Source: Octopus vulgaris (Eukaryota). From it: a DNA stretch of 64,000 nt. This document shows positions 1 to 12,750 of the stretch, piece by piece. The position numbers were made by a program, and so were the translations under genes. The stretch covers positions 29,884,001 through 29,948,000 of the forward strand of contig OX597819.1 of the NCBI GenBank assembly GCA_951406725.2, read 5' to 3'. The notes beneath the pieces are model-generated. The model was not told where the DNA came from, did not search any database, and saw nothing but the letters and a program-made list of their open reading frames with translations. Within the stretch, counting starts at the first letter, position 1; every line of letters begins with the position of its first letter.

Positions 1-329
1 TTAACAGTTTTTCATGTTAATTTCTTTTTTTTTTTAGTTGCATTTAAGTACTGGCTCCAAGCGTGATAATAGCAGATACGTCTCCACGAAATTTTATAAA
101 AATTTGTAAGCAGTAACACAAAGTCTGAAGGAAATGGTGCGTATAAAACAAACGGTTCAGTTTTAGCAAATGATAAAATATCACTTAGTAATAGCGGTAG
201 CAGTTTCGCTTGTTTAGATAATCTGAGGGCGGTACACGAGTTAGGTCGGTTCCTAGAAAAGAAGAAAAATAGAAGAGGTATATCACAGAGTCCGTGTCTC
301 CTTTCCCAAGGAATACAACGCAGAAGAGG

Positions 330-1700
330 TAAGAGGAGGGTAACATTTCTCTGTTTTCAAACACGAAGGAAGATTCGTTATGGCTATAATAGAATACTAG
401 AAATACCAAACTCAGTACTAGAAATAAAACAACAGGCATAAATATGCTTGCTGTCCCAATTGTAAACTACAAACATAATGCATAAGAAGTTGTGTTAATT
501 GAACAGTTCAAACGAGAAAACTATTAACACCATTCCAAAGTCAGATTCCAAACATTGGTATAAATTAGATATACCTACCCTGCATACAGAGAATACATGT
601 AATTAATAGATAAGTATAGCTTTCTACAATCAAACATCATTTTCTAACAGTGGTCCCAGAATAATACAAGGAAATGAAAAACTAATTTGTGCAAGAAGAG
701 AGCACGAGGAAAACTTTTTTCTTTATATATAGGATACATGTGCTGCCAATCCAACAGTGGAATCAATAATCTCTCTCTGGTTGTCTCCCATTTGAACTAT
801 TTTCAGTTTTTAACTCTCATAAGAGTGATGTCCATAGTTCTATGTTGACATGATGCGCATGCGCGGTTTGCCGAGACAAATTGGAAGATTACGTTCTGTC
901 CAATGTGTTGCTTGTTATTGCTTTTCTCATCAAAATGGTTGAGTGAAGGTTTCTATGCGTATTACGTCTGTTGAAAGTGTTAATTTCAGACTATTTGGTT
1001 CAGTCTGAATGAATATATTACATACACGCGTATGTTTGCGTGTATATGCGCGCATGTATGTTCGTGTGCGTGTGTGTACGTGTATTTGTGTGTCTGTGCT
1101 ATGTTTATCCCGGCCCCCAAACGGTTGTAGATATTGAGTACCTTAATGTTAGGCTAGATACACCGAGAATGATAAATTACGGCCTTGACTGAATTAAGCA
1201 TTGGGTTCAATGTGATTGAGCAAACCTTTGAATGCGGTTCCTCAGTATGGCCACAGAAACTAGACAATAATGAAAGAATATAAAGAAACAATTAAATACA
1301 AACTGGAAGCCAACTACTCGAAAAAGCACACAAATAAATAAGATCAATACAATAGAAAAGGTTTAAAAAAGAAACACAAAAATTAAACTATTTTCGATCT
1401 GTATTAAATAAACTGATGGGGAGAGAAAAAATGCGTTCCAAAGCCAATAAACAGTTAGAGAGAAAGAAAACCATGATAGAAAATCTTGATTAAGAGCAGA
1501 AACAAAAGTTCTGGTTTTAGCAACATAGGATCAAATCTTAGATATAGAATATTGAAACAACCTGTACTTATTTAAAACGTGATTATCCTCTAAGAAAACG
1601 ATCATTGCTACTTAAGGTAAAATATTTCAGTAAGTATATACTCACCTAGAATATGGAAAACAAAGTGCACCAGAAGAAACAGAAATTTTATCTCTAACCA
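330..1700 (+). mobile_element. Highly decayed R4/Dong-like non-LTR retrotransposon RT/thumb remnants, interrupted by an old SINE (~1000-1275)
   Basis: Short recognisable peptides: TTGINMLAVPIVNY (~430-470) and LRAETKVLVLAT*DQIL (~1490-1540; cf. LKAETEGLILAAQDQ). Many stops; boundaries approximate. Confidence 0.4.
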
Positions 1701-2559
1701 TATTTACAAAAAATTTAAACTAGTAAACTAAAAGTTATATATATATATCCACGTTTATTAAGAGGGTTTCTTTTTTTTTACCTCAACGAACCTACCGCCG
1801 TCACGTATTTTCTTGATCATTTCTATCTTCGTCTGTTGAGAACATGCACTTTTGTATTTTTTTTTTGTCCCATGTTGTACGGGTATTTAAATCTGTATAA
1901 AGAACACACAGCCTCGCGGAATGGTTATTTAAACACAAGCGTTATTCAGTGCATTGTTGGTAACATCATTGTGGGAGGTTGCTGAGTCGCGTTTTTGCAC
2001 TACAAGCAGAATCTTTGTCTGATCGCTGTCCTGTGTTATCATAGATCAAGCTGTGATAAATATAACAAGGTTTAACATTTGAGCGTATCGGGTCATCCTG
2101 AATCAGGAATAAATGAATCCGTGATAAACAAGACTACATGTGTACAAAATTGCATCCACAGAGTTTTAAAATAAATATCTGCTGAAGGGATCGTAAACAT
2201 TATCTATTTTCAAGAGTGTCAACAAGTGCGAACCTATGAAGCAACAGGCAATAGTCAGGGAGAGAAGAGGACGGTGAGAGAAATAATGAGCAAAATATAT
2301 CAAATATATTAATACGAAATTCAACTTTAAAGTACCATAGTTATGCAACACAGAAAAGTATCTCAGTCCATAAGAAAGATTTTTCTGTCTGATATTATCA
2401 TAGCTAATACTTTTCATTAATCGCCAAACAATGAAGCATAGATAGTATACTTATAAAAGCTGCATGCAAGAGAAATTTACAGAGATTTGTCGATGATAAA
2501 AGGGATGTCATTCTTGTTACAATGATAATTATTCTACACAGAAAGTAATAACCTACTAT

Positions 2560-3242
2560 AGGCACAAGGCCTGAAATTTTGGTGGAGCGTTTAAGTCGAT
2601 TACATCGACCTCAGGACTCCACTGGTACTTCATTTATCGACCCCGAAAGGATGAAAGGCAAAGTCGACCTCGGCGAATTTGAACTCAAAACTCAGTAAGG
2701 ACAGACGAAATGCCGATAAGCATTTTGTCCTGTGTGCTAACGATTCTGACAGCTCGCCGCCTTAGCACACAAAGTAATAATGATTTAATAGTTTAACACA
2801 AAGCTAGCAATTTTTCGGAGGTGGTTAGTCGATTACATCGACCCCACCCGCCCCTGAGTTCAACTAGATTTTATTTTATCGATTCTTAAAGGATGTTAGG
2901 GTAAGTCGATCTTAGAGGGATTCGAACGCAAAGAGTAAAGAGCTGAAACAGGTACCGCAAAGTATTTTTTTATTTGACGCACTAAAAATTCTACCATTTC
3001 GTCGCTTTCACAAATATAATACTGGCTTCAAATTTTAGCACATGGTCAGCAATTTTTTTATAGAGAGGGAGTTAGTTTATTACACTGACCCCGGTGCTCA
3101 ATTGATACTTATTTCATCGATCCCGAAAAGACAGAAGGCAAAGTCAACCAAGGCGTAATTTGAACTCAGAACGTGAAGAGTCGGAAGAAATGCCGCCAAG
3201 TATTTTGACCAACGTGCTAACAATTCTGCCAACTCGCTGCTT
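2560..3242 (-). mobile_element. Three tandem, diverged copies of SINE family A (tRNA-derived, central GTCGACTTTGCCTTTCATCCTTTCGGGGTCGATAA domain)
   Basis: Reverse complement of the family A head GGCGGCGAGCTG.CAGAATCGTTAGCAC and central domain at 2560-2762, ~2800-3010 and ~3025-3242. Confidence 0.8.
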
Positions 3243-3285
3243 TGCTCACGAAAGTTGTAATGAAATGAACAAAAAAAAATAACTT

Positions 3286-3340
<55 letters not shown>

Positions 3341-3343
<3 letters not shown>

Positions 3344-3400
3344 TGATTTTGATTTTGATTTTTTCAGTTTCAGCTAATGAGCTGTGGCCATGCTGGGGCA
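3341..3400 (-). mobile_element. 3' stub of the CR1/L2-group LINE seen at 51903-52489
   Basis: Minus strand reads TGCCCCAGCATGGCCACAGCTCATTAGCTGAAAC + (AAAATC)n, nearly identical to 52428-52461. Confidence 0.75.
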
Positions 3401-3721
3401 TATAAAAACTCAGCAGAATACAATCTAGCAACTCTGCAAAAATCGATTCACTGTGAGTATTCATTAAGTAGTCGCCGGGTCTGCTAGAAATAGCTGTCAG
3501 ATGTTTCTTAAGTCACGAGTCACCGTTTCAAACAGGAAAAGCATATTATACAATATATTCATAATTATGTAAAACGAGCAGGGATGGTTATGGATGGAGC
3601 GCCTTCAATCATAGTCCTGCTTGATCAAGGTTGACTTAAGGTCGAAGGACAACAGCGATAACAACAACAGCTGCAGTAGTTATATAATGACACAGTTCTT
3701 CTTGATGAACATGTTTCCGAA

Positions 3722-3756
<35 letters not shown>

Positions 3757-4330
3757 AAATTACGAAAAACTCTTTTCTTTTTCTCTTTAGGAATAATAGC
3801 CAAATATTTTCGGAAAAAATTAATTTAGTAAAAATTAATTAATTTTTTCAGTATTTTTACCGGTTAATAATTGCTAATCAGATAATTATTGTTATTTTCT
3901 TAATTATTATTTTATAATTTACAGTATTGTTTTCTTTTCTCTAAAGAAGCATGATCAACAGATAACTATCGTTGTTGTAATATTTCTTGTTCTTTTAGCT
4001 ATTGTCGTTTCTGATATGGCTGCTTCTGTATTTTGTAACATTTTGCTTGATTTAATTTTTCTTTAAGAGAAAGTATTGTGTTGAATCGCCGTGTTATAGC
4101 CAGATGGTAAGAGAACACCGAATGAAGTCTGACGCCCGTTTTTTATTCTCATTTGCCAGGTTTAACACCATCACAACTACTACATGGCCTTTAGTTGCTT
4201 TTAGCGGAGACCATTTTATTTCAAACATTCAGGCCAGATTTTTGGGGAGTGAAAATAACTTCCACCCTTTATGCCACCATCTTGAAGGCTCTAATCAATT
4301 CGTAATCTTTACGTCACGTTTGATTCTCAG

Positions 4331-4422
4331 CTGCTTTATGTGGTAATAACATATGCGTAGTCTCTGCTTTATGTGGTAATAACATATGCGTAGTCTCTGC
4401 TTTATGTGATAATAACATATGC
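4331..4422. repeat. 33-bp tandem repeat, ~2.8 copies
   Basis: Unit CTGCTTTATGTGGTAATAACATATGCGTAGTCT. Confidence 0.9.
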
Positions 4423-4784
4423 ATCACAATTCCTGCACACATAAAACATCAAGAGAAAAACTAACGAGGGAGCATCAATGTGGTCGCTGTTCCTGCTAGA
4501 ACAGAAACGAAGTCTCCCTCAAATCACATTGACATCTTATCTTATTTATGATATCAGTATAATATGAGGTAGAATTGGCTGCTATTTCTTACAGATCGAG
4601 CTACTGCTTAAAGATTCTCTCGCTGACACGTATTAGCTGTAGTTGTCGTTGTTTAAATTATTACTTAGTCCCAGATGAGCCCTGATAGTATTGATCTATG
4701 ATCGAATGCATTCCAACCGTGATCGAGGGACCACATTATCCACCTAAGACAGTAGGGCAAGATTTTATGTAATTTGGATGTTAT

Positions 4785-5825
4785 CAAGATCAAATTCAAG
4801 ACTGATGGCAGACTCCTCAAGTAGCGGAGGCTACAGCCAAGACCAAGGTGGAAGAAGACTCAGTGAATGACTTCCTGTTAGCAAAGTCTGCGTTTTCAAC
4901 GCCGCTACAGAGGTACAGATGTTACAGGGAATGAAATGCTTTTCATCTGCCTGCTACAACTTTGGCTTCACAATCAGAGGTCATGTACCTATCAGCCCTG
5001 CAGAAACTGCATGTGGTATCAACTGACACTATCGAAGAGGAAATCCCGTAGGCAGCACACTCTCCAGATCTGTGAGAATTGACGATAAAGTCGACACACA
5101 TCGCCAAGGGAATCTCATCATACGGGCGGCTACGTGAACCATTATGGGAGAGGAGAGGCATGTCTGGCCACTAAGTTCAAGATGTACCAAGCAGTTGTAC
5201 TTCCTACACTACTGTACGCCTACGAGACTTGGGCGGGTTACGAACGCCCCGACAAAAATTTCAACCACTTCCACATGAAATGCCTCTGAAAGCTGTTGAA
5301 AAATTACCTGATAAGACAAGATCCCAAATACGGAAGTCCTATCTTGAGCTGATCTGCCAAGCACTTATACGCTGCTGGGGAGAGAATAGGGCAGGTGGAC
5401 AGGTCACCTTGTTCGAATACTTGACACACGACTTCCTAAGAGACTGTTTTACAGCGATCTGGCAGAAAACAAGCGCAGGCAAGGTGGACAGAAAAAGCAC
5501 TTCAAGGATACACTCAAACCCTGGCTAGAGAGCTTTGAGATCAATCCTGATGTGTGAGAAACACAATTGCATGACCGCTCCGCCTAACGAAATTGCACCA
5601 ACAAAGGTACCACCTCCTACGAATAGACCAAGATTGCATAGGCACAAAGAAAACACGAACTGCGCAAGTCCAGTGCCAATGCTTCGCCTTCAGACCCAGC
5701 AGACCACCATGAGCCCGACATGCGGCAGAGACTTTCGAGCGCGCACCAGAGGGATACACCTGCGTTTCGTAATTTTCTCCCATGCGATGACCTTTATCAT
5801 TGCTGACAATGAACAGACGAACTAA
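4785..5825 (+). mobile_element. Decayed RTE (BovB-like) LINE, RT C-terminal part and 3' end
   Basis: Frameshifted peptides IKFKTDGRLL, TLSRSVRIDDKVDTHIAK, YGRLREPLWERRG, and terminal SPTCGRDFRAR...HLR zinc-finger-like motif typical of RTE ORF ends. Confidence 0.75.
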
Positions 5826-5829
5826 TAAC

Positions 5830-6900
5830 ATCGTTCTTAGAGTAGGATTAAGATGTTGGGTGTAACATAGACATTTCATTACCTGTCCAGTATATATCTC
5901 AAGCTTTGAAGGTTGAAAGTGTCGAAATACCGTTCTTGTCTGGAGTAGAGTCTCCAAGTCTTGCTAAAGCGCAAATCAGTCAGTTGTGGAATGAAGATTT
6001 GTTGCAGAATGTACATAAAAGATATTCTGTTGTATCTTTCTCTGTCTGATTAGTGTTGAGGCTGTCGTTCGAATATACCAACTGGACACAGAATCAACTC
6101 GTCTCAGAGAAAGCAGTCCCTGGTAGTAGAGTCGAAGTTTATAAACTCTATATCGCAGTTGGTGGTAATAATTGATTGTAATAGAAGCAGGGTACTTAAT
6201 ATCATAGTCCACCGGTTTGGCCTTCTTCATGCTGATTGAAGCCCTGGCAGGCTCTTGAGAAGATATCCTTAAGTGTTGCAGTTTCTCCTTAGTGTGTGCT
6301 ATCAGCACGCTTCTTCTGTAAATAGATGAATACTTCATGCACTTTGGTTTTCTCCCACATTCTGGACAAACTCGATAGTTTCTCATCCGATCTATTGTGA
6401 AAATTAATACTATCAGTTGATAATCTAATTGCATGCTTCAATATGATAGCAAGAAGATATACCTGTTTTATATCACTACGGATGTTGCAGGTTTCTGACG
6501 AAGAGCCATGAAACTGAACGACGCTTTTCATATTTGTAGAGTGTCTAAATTATCCCGATGCATCTCAGAGAACAACCAAACCTGGCGAGAATTTTGAATA
6601 CGCCATTTCTTCCCACAAAGTCGAAGGCCATCATGGGCAACGTAATGAAATGTCTGTGCTCTATATTTATCTTTTACAATTTTTGAAAGAAGATCGTGTT
6701 CATTATAGAGAGTTCTGATCTGTGACAAGAGTGTTGAGCTATACACTTTCGCTGATTTTCTGCAGTCTGTTCACATGAACAAAACTTTTTCCAGTATTGG
6801 GCTAATAGTATAGCAGAACCATTTCACTTCACGCCAGAACGCTTTTGACACTCGTGTCTTTTCCCGTTATAGTCATTGATGAATATTCCTGACAACTAAG
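5830..6900 (-). mobile_element. Decayed RTE LINE reverse transcriptase fragment, tail-to-tail with the previous element
   Basis: ORF 6289-6531 KSVVQFHGSSSETCNIRSDIKQVYLLA...HNRSDEKLSSLSRMWEKTKVHEV resembles the RTE RT segment around GVKQGCVLAP...RSDGKLFNLARLRAKTKVREV. Confidence 0.7.
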
Positions 6901-7753
6901 GATCAATAGATTCTTGCATACGGCACATAATAGAAAGATAAGTTATCCAGTTATGTACTTCCGGATTTTTTATTTCAGTTGAAAAATTTTCACTTAACTT
7001 ATATCACCAAAGTTATTAGATAAGACATGGTTATTACAACGTCCACTTTAACTAGCTCTGTGAACTTTGCTTTTATTTTTAGCGCAAAGAAACTGATAAA
7101 ATATTGATGTATCACAAATGAACAAAATTGATATGACAGCTAGTGTTTCTTGCTTGTTCTGGTTGTCGTTGATGTGGTTCTGTGTTGGTAATGATGTGGT
7201 AAAAGTAGTAGAAATGTTGGAGGTAGCTGCAGCACTATTGTAGTGATATTGGTGTTGGTGGTGTTGGTGGTGGTGGTTTTGGTGGTGGTGGTGGTGGTTG
7301 TTTTGGTGGTGGTGGTTTTGGTGGTTTTGGTTTTGGTGGTGGTGGTGGTGAAATTGAAAGCAGTGTCAGTGGAGGATTTTGACTCTTAATGATGATGATA
7401 ATGATTCAAAAGTGGCAGTGGCTTTAGGCACTATGATGACAGTAATTCGGGGGGAAAGTTTTGCAAGACGGTGATGGGGGTGTTCCATGTAATTGCAAGC
7501 AATAATGGGAGAGGTGATTGTGGCGGTAAGGATGATGACCACGCTTTAACTTTTGTCTTTCTTTAAAAGTTAGTTTCTTTAATAAGTAAAAATAGGATAT
7601 ATATTAAAATTACATTTGGCATTTGTTCATCCCTTTAATACTTATATACATTCAGTTCTTAAATTTTATGAAACAGCAAAGACATGTTCGTTCATTTCCT
7701 TTTCAATATCTGTGATTGTTGTGCCATGTTTATGAAGTACCTAATCAAAGTCG

Positions 7754-7817
<64 letters not shown>

Positions 7818-7867
7818 GAGTGAGTGGACAAAAGAAAAAAGGGCATTCAAAACATTTATTGGAAGTT

Positions 7868-8038
7868 ACACATATGGGTCAAAACATTTTGCATCAAATT
7901 TGTTGGTACTCCGAGTTTCAAAGCGTGATGCTAATCCTCATCCAATGGAAATTTCTATTGCAAATCTCCAACGGCTCAGGATTAGCATCACGCTCTGTAC
8001 CAACAAATTTGATGCAAACTGTTTTGACCCACATGTGT
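7868..8038. mobile_element. ~170-bp fold-back element (MITE-like hairpin)
   Basis: 42-bp terminal inverted repeats (ACACATATGGGTCAAAACA...GTTGGTAC, 2 mismatches), plus inner IR AGCGTGATGCTAATCCT/AGGATTAGCATCACGCT. Confidence 0.75.
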
Positions 8039-8047
8039 GTGTGTGTG

Positions 8048-8089
<42 letters not shown>

Positions 8090-8871
8090 CATACCCGCAC
8101 ATTCACAGACTCGTACATGTTATCGGTGTCATATACTTAGAGCATGTGTTTTGTTTACACGCTTACTAGCTGCGGAAATTCGTCCAAGGAAACTCATTTT
8201 AAGACGTCGACTGTTTAAAAAAATCACTGTACACCTCAAAATCAGGGAAACCAATCGTCCCGTAGGTGAACGAGGACTGTGGATATCGATATTTCGCTGT
8301 TGTTTCTGCTCATCGTCATGGCATACCCGAGTCAACGAATTCGAATCTCTGGACTGCGGTATATATACAGGCAGCGAATAAAATTTATCCCCTTATGTGC
8401 AATATCACCGCCCAAGTAAAACAAAATTAAAATTTGTATTGGAAGCAGCTCTAATAATGTAAATATTATATTGTGTGTGTGTGTGTGTCATTGTGTGTGT
8501 GTCACTGTGTATGTGTGCGTGTGGATCTCAGTCACTTGACTCGAGGACTCGTGCTCGATCGACTGAATGATCTGTTACTGAATTAACGAGCAAATGGCTG
8601 AGCATTTCAGTGATTCAAATACCCTTAATGTAATTTTCTGAGGCACTTTCTAAGTGGTTCAATAAGTGGTAAGATCATACTTTTTGGATTGCATCTAAAC
8701 TTTACCAGAGGAGCTTTCATACAGTTTTCAGAATGAATCGACCCAAGGCCGTAGAATATGAGATTTTCCCTAGATGCTAGGTGAAAGGGGGTATCTTATA
8801 AAAGCGAAGCGAACTTCTTAATAATTCGGCAATACTTCACGCACGCACGCACGCACACACACACACACGCA

Positions 8872-8950
<79 letters not shown>

Positions 8951-8974
8951 CTTTATACATGGCCGCATATGTAA

Positions 8975-9625
8975 GTCTCGTGCAGGCCTGGTGAGCCACC
9001 AGAGGAACCACGCAGAAAGACCTCTTACATACTACAACGATTTTCTTGCTGGGGCCAATCTCTCCTCCAGTATATATAGCACAGAATTATCTAGGCACAT
9101 GAGGGTGCACGTAGAAAATCACTTGAATGATCCGGAAGAACCAAGAAGACATAAGAGTTTGTATGAGTGTCGAACTTGCAACAAGTCCCGTAAGTCTCTG
9201 GCAGGATTCAAACGGCCATTGTCGTTCTCACATCATGTAATGCCGTGATACACTTTATTTAATCATCCATAATCATCCGCCTTTATATATATCTATGTAC
9301 GTATAGAGTCATCTTCGTAATCATAAAGCGAGACAGATGAGTGACAACCTGGCCACTGGTGGTGGTGTAACACACCATACTAATCATATATATCGGGCAT
9401 GTGGAAGAGAGTGTAATTCGACAGGAGGACTTAGACGACATACAAAGGTACATGAAGCCCAGTTTCAACAACAGCCGGCTATTACCGGTAAAGGTTTTAG
9501 TTGCCAATTCCGTACAAGACATTGTAGATCTTTAGCTGGGCTAAAAAGTCACATTCGATCAGAGCACCAGTAACAGTTAAACTTTGTGCAATGGCAATAC
9601 TCGATAACGAGGGGGCAGTCATAAT
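8975..9625 (+). mobile_element. 3' end of an RTE-type LINE with tandem C2H2 zinc-finger-like motifs
   Basis: AGLVSHQRNH, CRTCNKSRKSLAGFKR, ACGRECNSTGGLRRHTKVH, CRSLAGLKSHIRSEH; tail GTGCAATGGCAATACTCGATAACGAGGGGGCAG is shared with the element at 41668-42218. Confidence 0.7.
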
Positions 9626-10060
9626 AATGTGTGTATACATATATATACATCGGAAATCTCCTTCGGTATATATATATATATACATATACAGGCATGCCAT
9701 GCACATACATGCGCCTGCACAAGCATGCACAAAGATTTAGTTTAAATTGAGCTATTTTTCTCTTTGCTTTCATGCTATTACAAACATCAAGTGAACTGGA
9801 TTTACACGAGTATTCCGCTTTTTTTTTACATACATAATCCCTAATTCAGTCAGTGCCTTTCGTTTTCACTGGCCAATTTACAAATGCTTTATTAAAGCGT
9901 TACCTAGGAAACGCCTTCATAAGATATTTAGAACCTGGTCATTGAAAGGTAAAGCCAAAGGCCAAAGAATGAATATGCGCCTATCTATAAAACCAGCTCG
10001 AAATTTATAGAACCAGTTGATGAATCTATCTTTTGTAACTCAGAAGTTTTCATCCATATA

Positions 10061-10400
10061 GTGGTGACCCCCTTCGGTCAGACACTGACCATGGGTTTGC
10101 ACCTAGAGAGTTACCCTCTAAGGCACAAGTCTGGGTAAGGTTGTGTTTATGGTAGACCAGCAGTCGCCCATGCATACCGGCCTCCCCTCTCCACGTCACC
10201 GATGTTGTCCAAGGGAAAGGCAAGGGCCGATACAGCTTGGCACCTGTGACGTCGCAACTCATTTCTACAGCTGAGTGAACTGGAGCAACGTGAAATAAAG
10301 TGTCTTGCTCAAGAACACAACACGCAGCCCGGTCCGGGATTCGAGCTCACAACCTCACGATCGTAAGCTCGACGCTCTAACCACTGAGCCACGCGCCTTC
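10061..10400 (-). mobile_element. Full-length tRNA-derived SINE family C (head 1 + tail X) with TSD
   Basis: A box TGGCTCAGTGG, B-box-like GAGCTCGAATCC; direct repeat TTCATCCATATA at 10049-10060 and 10398-10409. Confidence 0.9.
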
Positions 10401-10961
10401 ATCCATATAATACACAATATTGCTTAAACAGTGTTGAATGTGTCATATGCGCTTGAAAATATAAGCAGCTTTACTTGCTAGTAAGAATGATTGGAAAAAT
10501 GTTGCTTCTGGTGTGATTGTCATTACCAATTGCAAAATGCTGTTAATTCTAAACTACATCAACTATCAATTGTTCTTAGTTCATTACCAGGCTGCTTCAT
10601 CTGAGTGTTATTGGGTTAACTTGCATTTTACTTTTGAGAAAGCTTTTATCGTTCAGTTTTAATTTTAGTTGAAATTTATGCATTAAAATTTATGGCTAAG
10701 ATATCAAATAATGTTCTTTTTCCATTTGGTTAGTGTTAACATATTTAATTAACTGGACAATATAAATCTAATTAAACATAATTGTGTGGTGAGGAAAATA
10801 CAGCATTAGTTCATTAATAATAGTGTTTGAATAATTTCGGTTTTGGAGTTTATTAATAAGAATGTCATTGTTCCATATTAAAAGACTAATAAGGAGATGT
10901 GAAACATCATGAACAAAAAAATTATTAAACTTGGGCACAATCATGTTCATGTATACATACA

Positions 10962-10995
<34 letters not shown>

Positions 10996-11016
10996 CATAC
11001 ATACATACATATATAC

Positions 11017-11069
<53 letters not shown>

Positions 11070-11084
11070 TATATAAATTTAAGT

Positions 11085-11395
11085 AATAAGGGTTTAACTT
11101 GATATTGATATGATTAATATCAATTTGAACCAGTGGCCTAGCATATTCAAAAGATCTGAAGATTCAGAAAAATTATTTTACATACATATAAGAGGGATGA
11201 CCACTAGGTGGACATCCGATATGCTAAATGTAGACCCCATATAGTCTGACCACTAAAGAAAAATTGCTCTCAAGAAAATTCGGCAAACGCCAGAATGTAA
11301 GCGAGCAAGACGAATGAAAAGATATAAAGTATAATGGTTAGTCACATACCAGATTTCATTGTTACTAATGGTTACAATGAAACCTGGTATGTGAA
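11085..11395 (-). mobile_element. Putative Penelope-like terminal fragment ending in a 21-bp hairpin
   Basis: Follows a (TA)n tract; ends in inverted repeat 11342-11394 whose arms resemble the GAAAC-CGG-TA half of a minimal hammerhead. Assignment is inference. Confidence 0.3.
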
Positions 11396-11510
11396 ATACA
11401 GTTATAAAAAGATGTTGTGTTGCCTTCAAATATCTATTCTTTATTTTTTTCTTAATGATGCTCCATCAGATTACGGTTTCAAGTCCTCATTATAACATAT
11501 TTTTCTCAAT

Positions 11511-11895
11511 GCTGTGTGGTAAGAAGCTTGATTCCCAACCACATTGTTACGGGTTCAGTCCCACTGTGTGGCACCTTGAGCAAGTGTCTTCTACTATAAC
11601 CTCGGACTGACCAAAGCCTTGTGAGTGGATTTGGTAAACGGAAATTGATAGAAGCCCGTCGTATATTTATGTATATATTCATCTATGTGCGAGTTTGTGT
11701 CTATGCTTGTCCCCCACCATCACCTGAGAACCGATATTGGTGCGTTTATGCTCCCGTAACTTAGCGGTTTGGCAAAAAAGACCGATAGAATAAGTATCAG
11801 GCTTACAAAGAATAAGTCCAGAGGTCGATTTCTTCGACTAAAAGGCGGTGCTCCAGCATGGTCACAGTCAAATGACTGAAACAAGTAAAAGAAGT
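11511..11895 (+). mobile_element. SINE family B (tRNA-like head, CORE-like box, internal microsatellite, LINE-type tail), 5'-clipped
   Basis: GCTGTGTGGTAAG...GGGTTCAGTCCCACTG...GGCACCTTGAGCAAGTG...GGCGGTGCTCCAGCATGGTCACAGTCAAATGACTGAAAC. Confidence 0.85.
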
Positions 11896-12750
11896 ATATA
11901 TTCATACGTACACACACGCACACACATATACACACATACATGCACATATACAGTATACAGTTGAAACCTTATATGGCACGAAGGTCGTATATGACAACAA
12001 AAGCAATAACAACAACCTTTCATTTTGCATCAATAAAAATAACGCCCTTACATATTTAGATTTTCCAGTCAGAGGTTTTGTCCACTGAAACATATCCAAT
12101 GAAGTCAACACCTTCTTAATAAACTGAAGCATTGAGAAAAATATGTTATAATGGGGACTTGAACACATAATCTGATAGAACATCATTAAGAAAAAAATCA
12201 ATAGATATTTGAAGGTAACACTACGTTTTTTATTTATAACAGCATTTCTTGAATTATCAATATTCGTATAAAAACACTAACATCTCTGGAGAAAGCCACC
12301 ATTATCAATAACATCAACACCGCCATTTTACATATAGCCAAACATGACTGCATCTTATCAGCCGGATTTTCTCTTTAGAACCAGCTTGTTTTCTCCTCTT
12401 CTCTTTAAAGCCTCGAAAGATCTGAAGTGTGAAATGATTATGGAAAAATATATAAAAAAAGAACGTTATTCATTTTCTTTTGTCTGCTTTATTAACGCTG
12501 TCAAGTCGTCGTAGATTTAATCTTTGAATTGCTTGCTTGTTCTACAGTAGTGTAATATAAACTCTGTCTCGCTGAAATGATTGTAGTTGGGGGTTTGTAG
12601 AATAAGAATAAGGTTTCTGGTTGTTGCTGGTTTTCTTTCCTTTTCAAATGTAAAGAAGACACTGCGAATGAGAAGTATCAACAGTCACAATCAATCTGAA
12701 AAGCAAACAGTCGAATAATATTCAATAACTTTCTTTTTTCCTTACCTATA

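Noticed and set aside
4331-4422. 33-bp repeats as a CRISPR-like array
   Set aside because: The units are contiguous with no spacers, and the context is eukaryotic.
6491-6520. CTGACGAAGAG as another hammerhead (also CTGAAGCG...GAAAC at ~52973-53003)
   Set aside because: The first lies antisense to RTE coding sequence with no proper stem II; the second has a broken core.
9337-9573. Host C2H2 zinc-finger gene (also 27350-27559)
   Set aside because: Cys ligands are mutated, there are no TGEKP linkers, and the segments run directly into RTE-type 3' tails.
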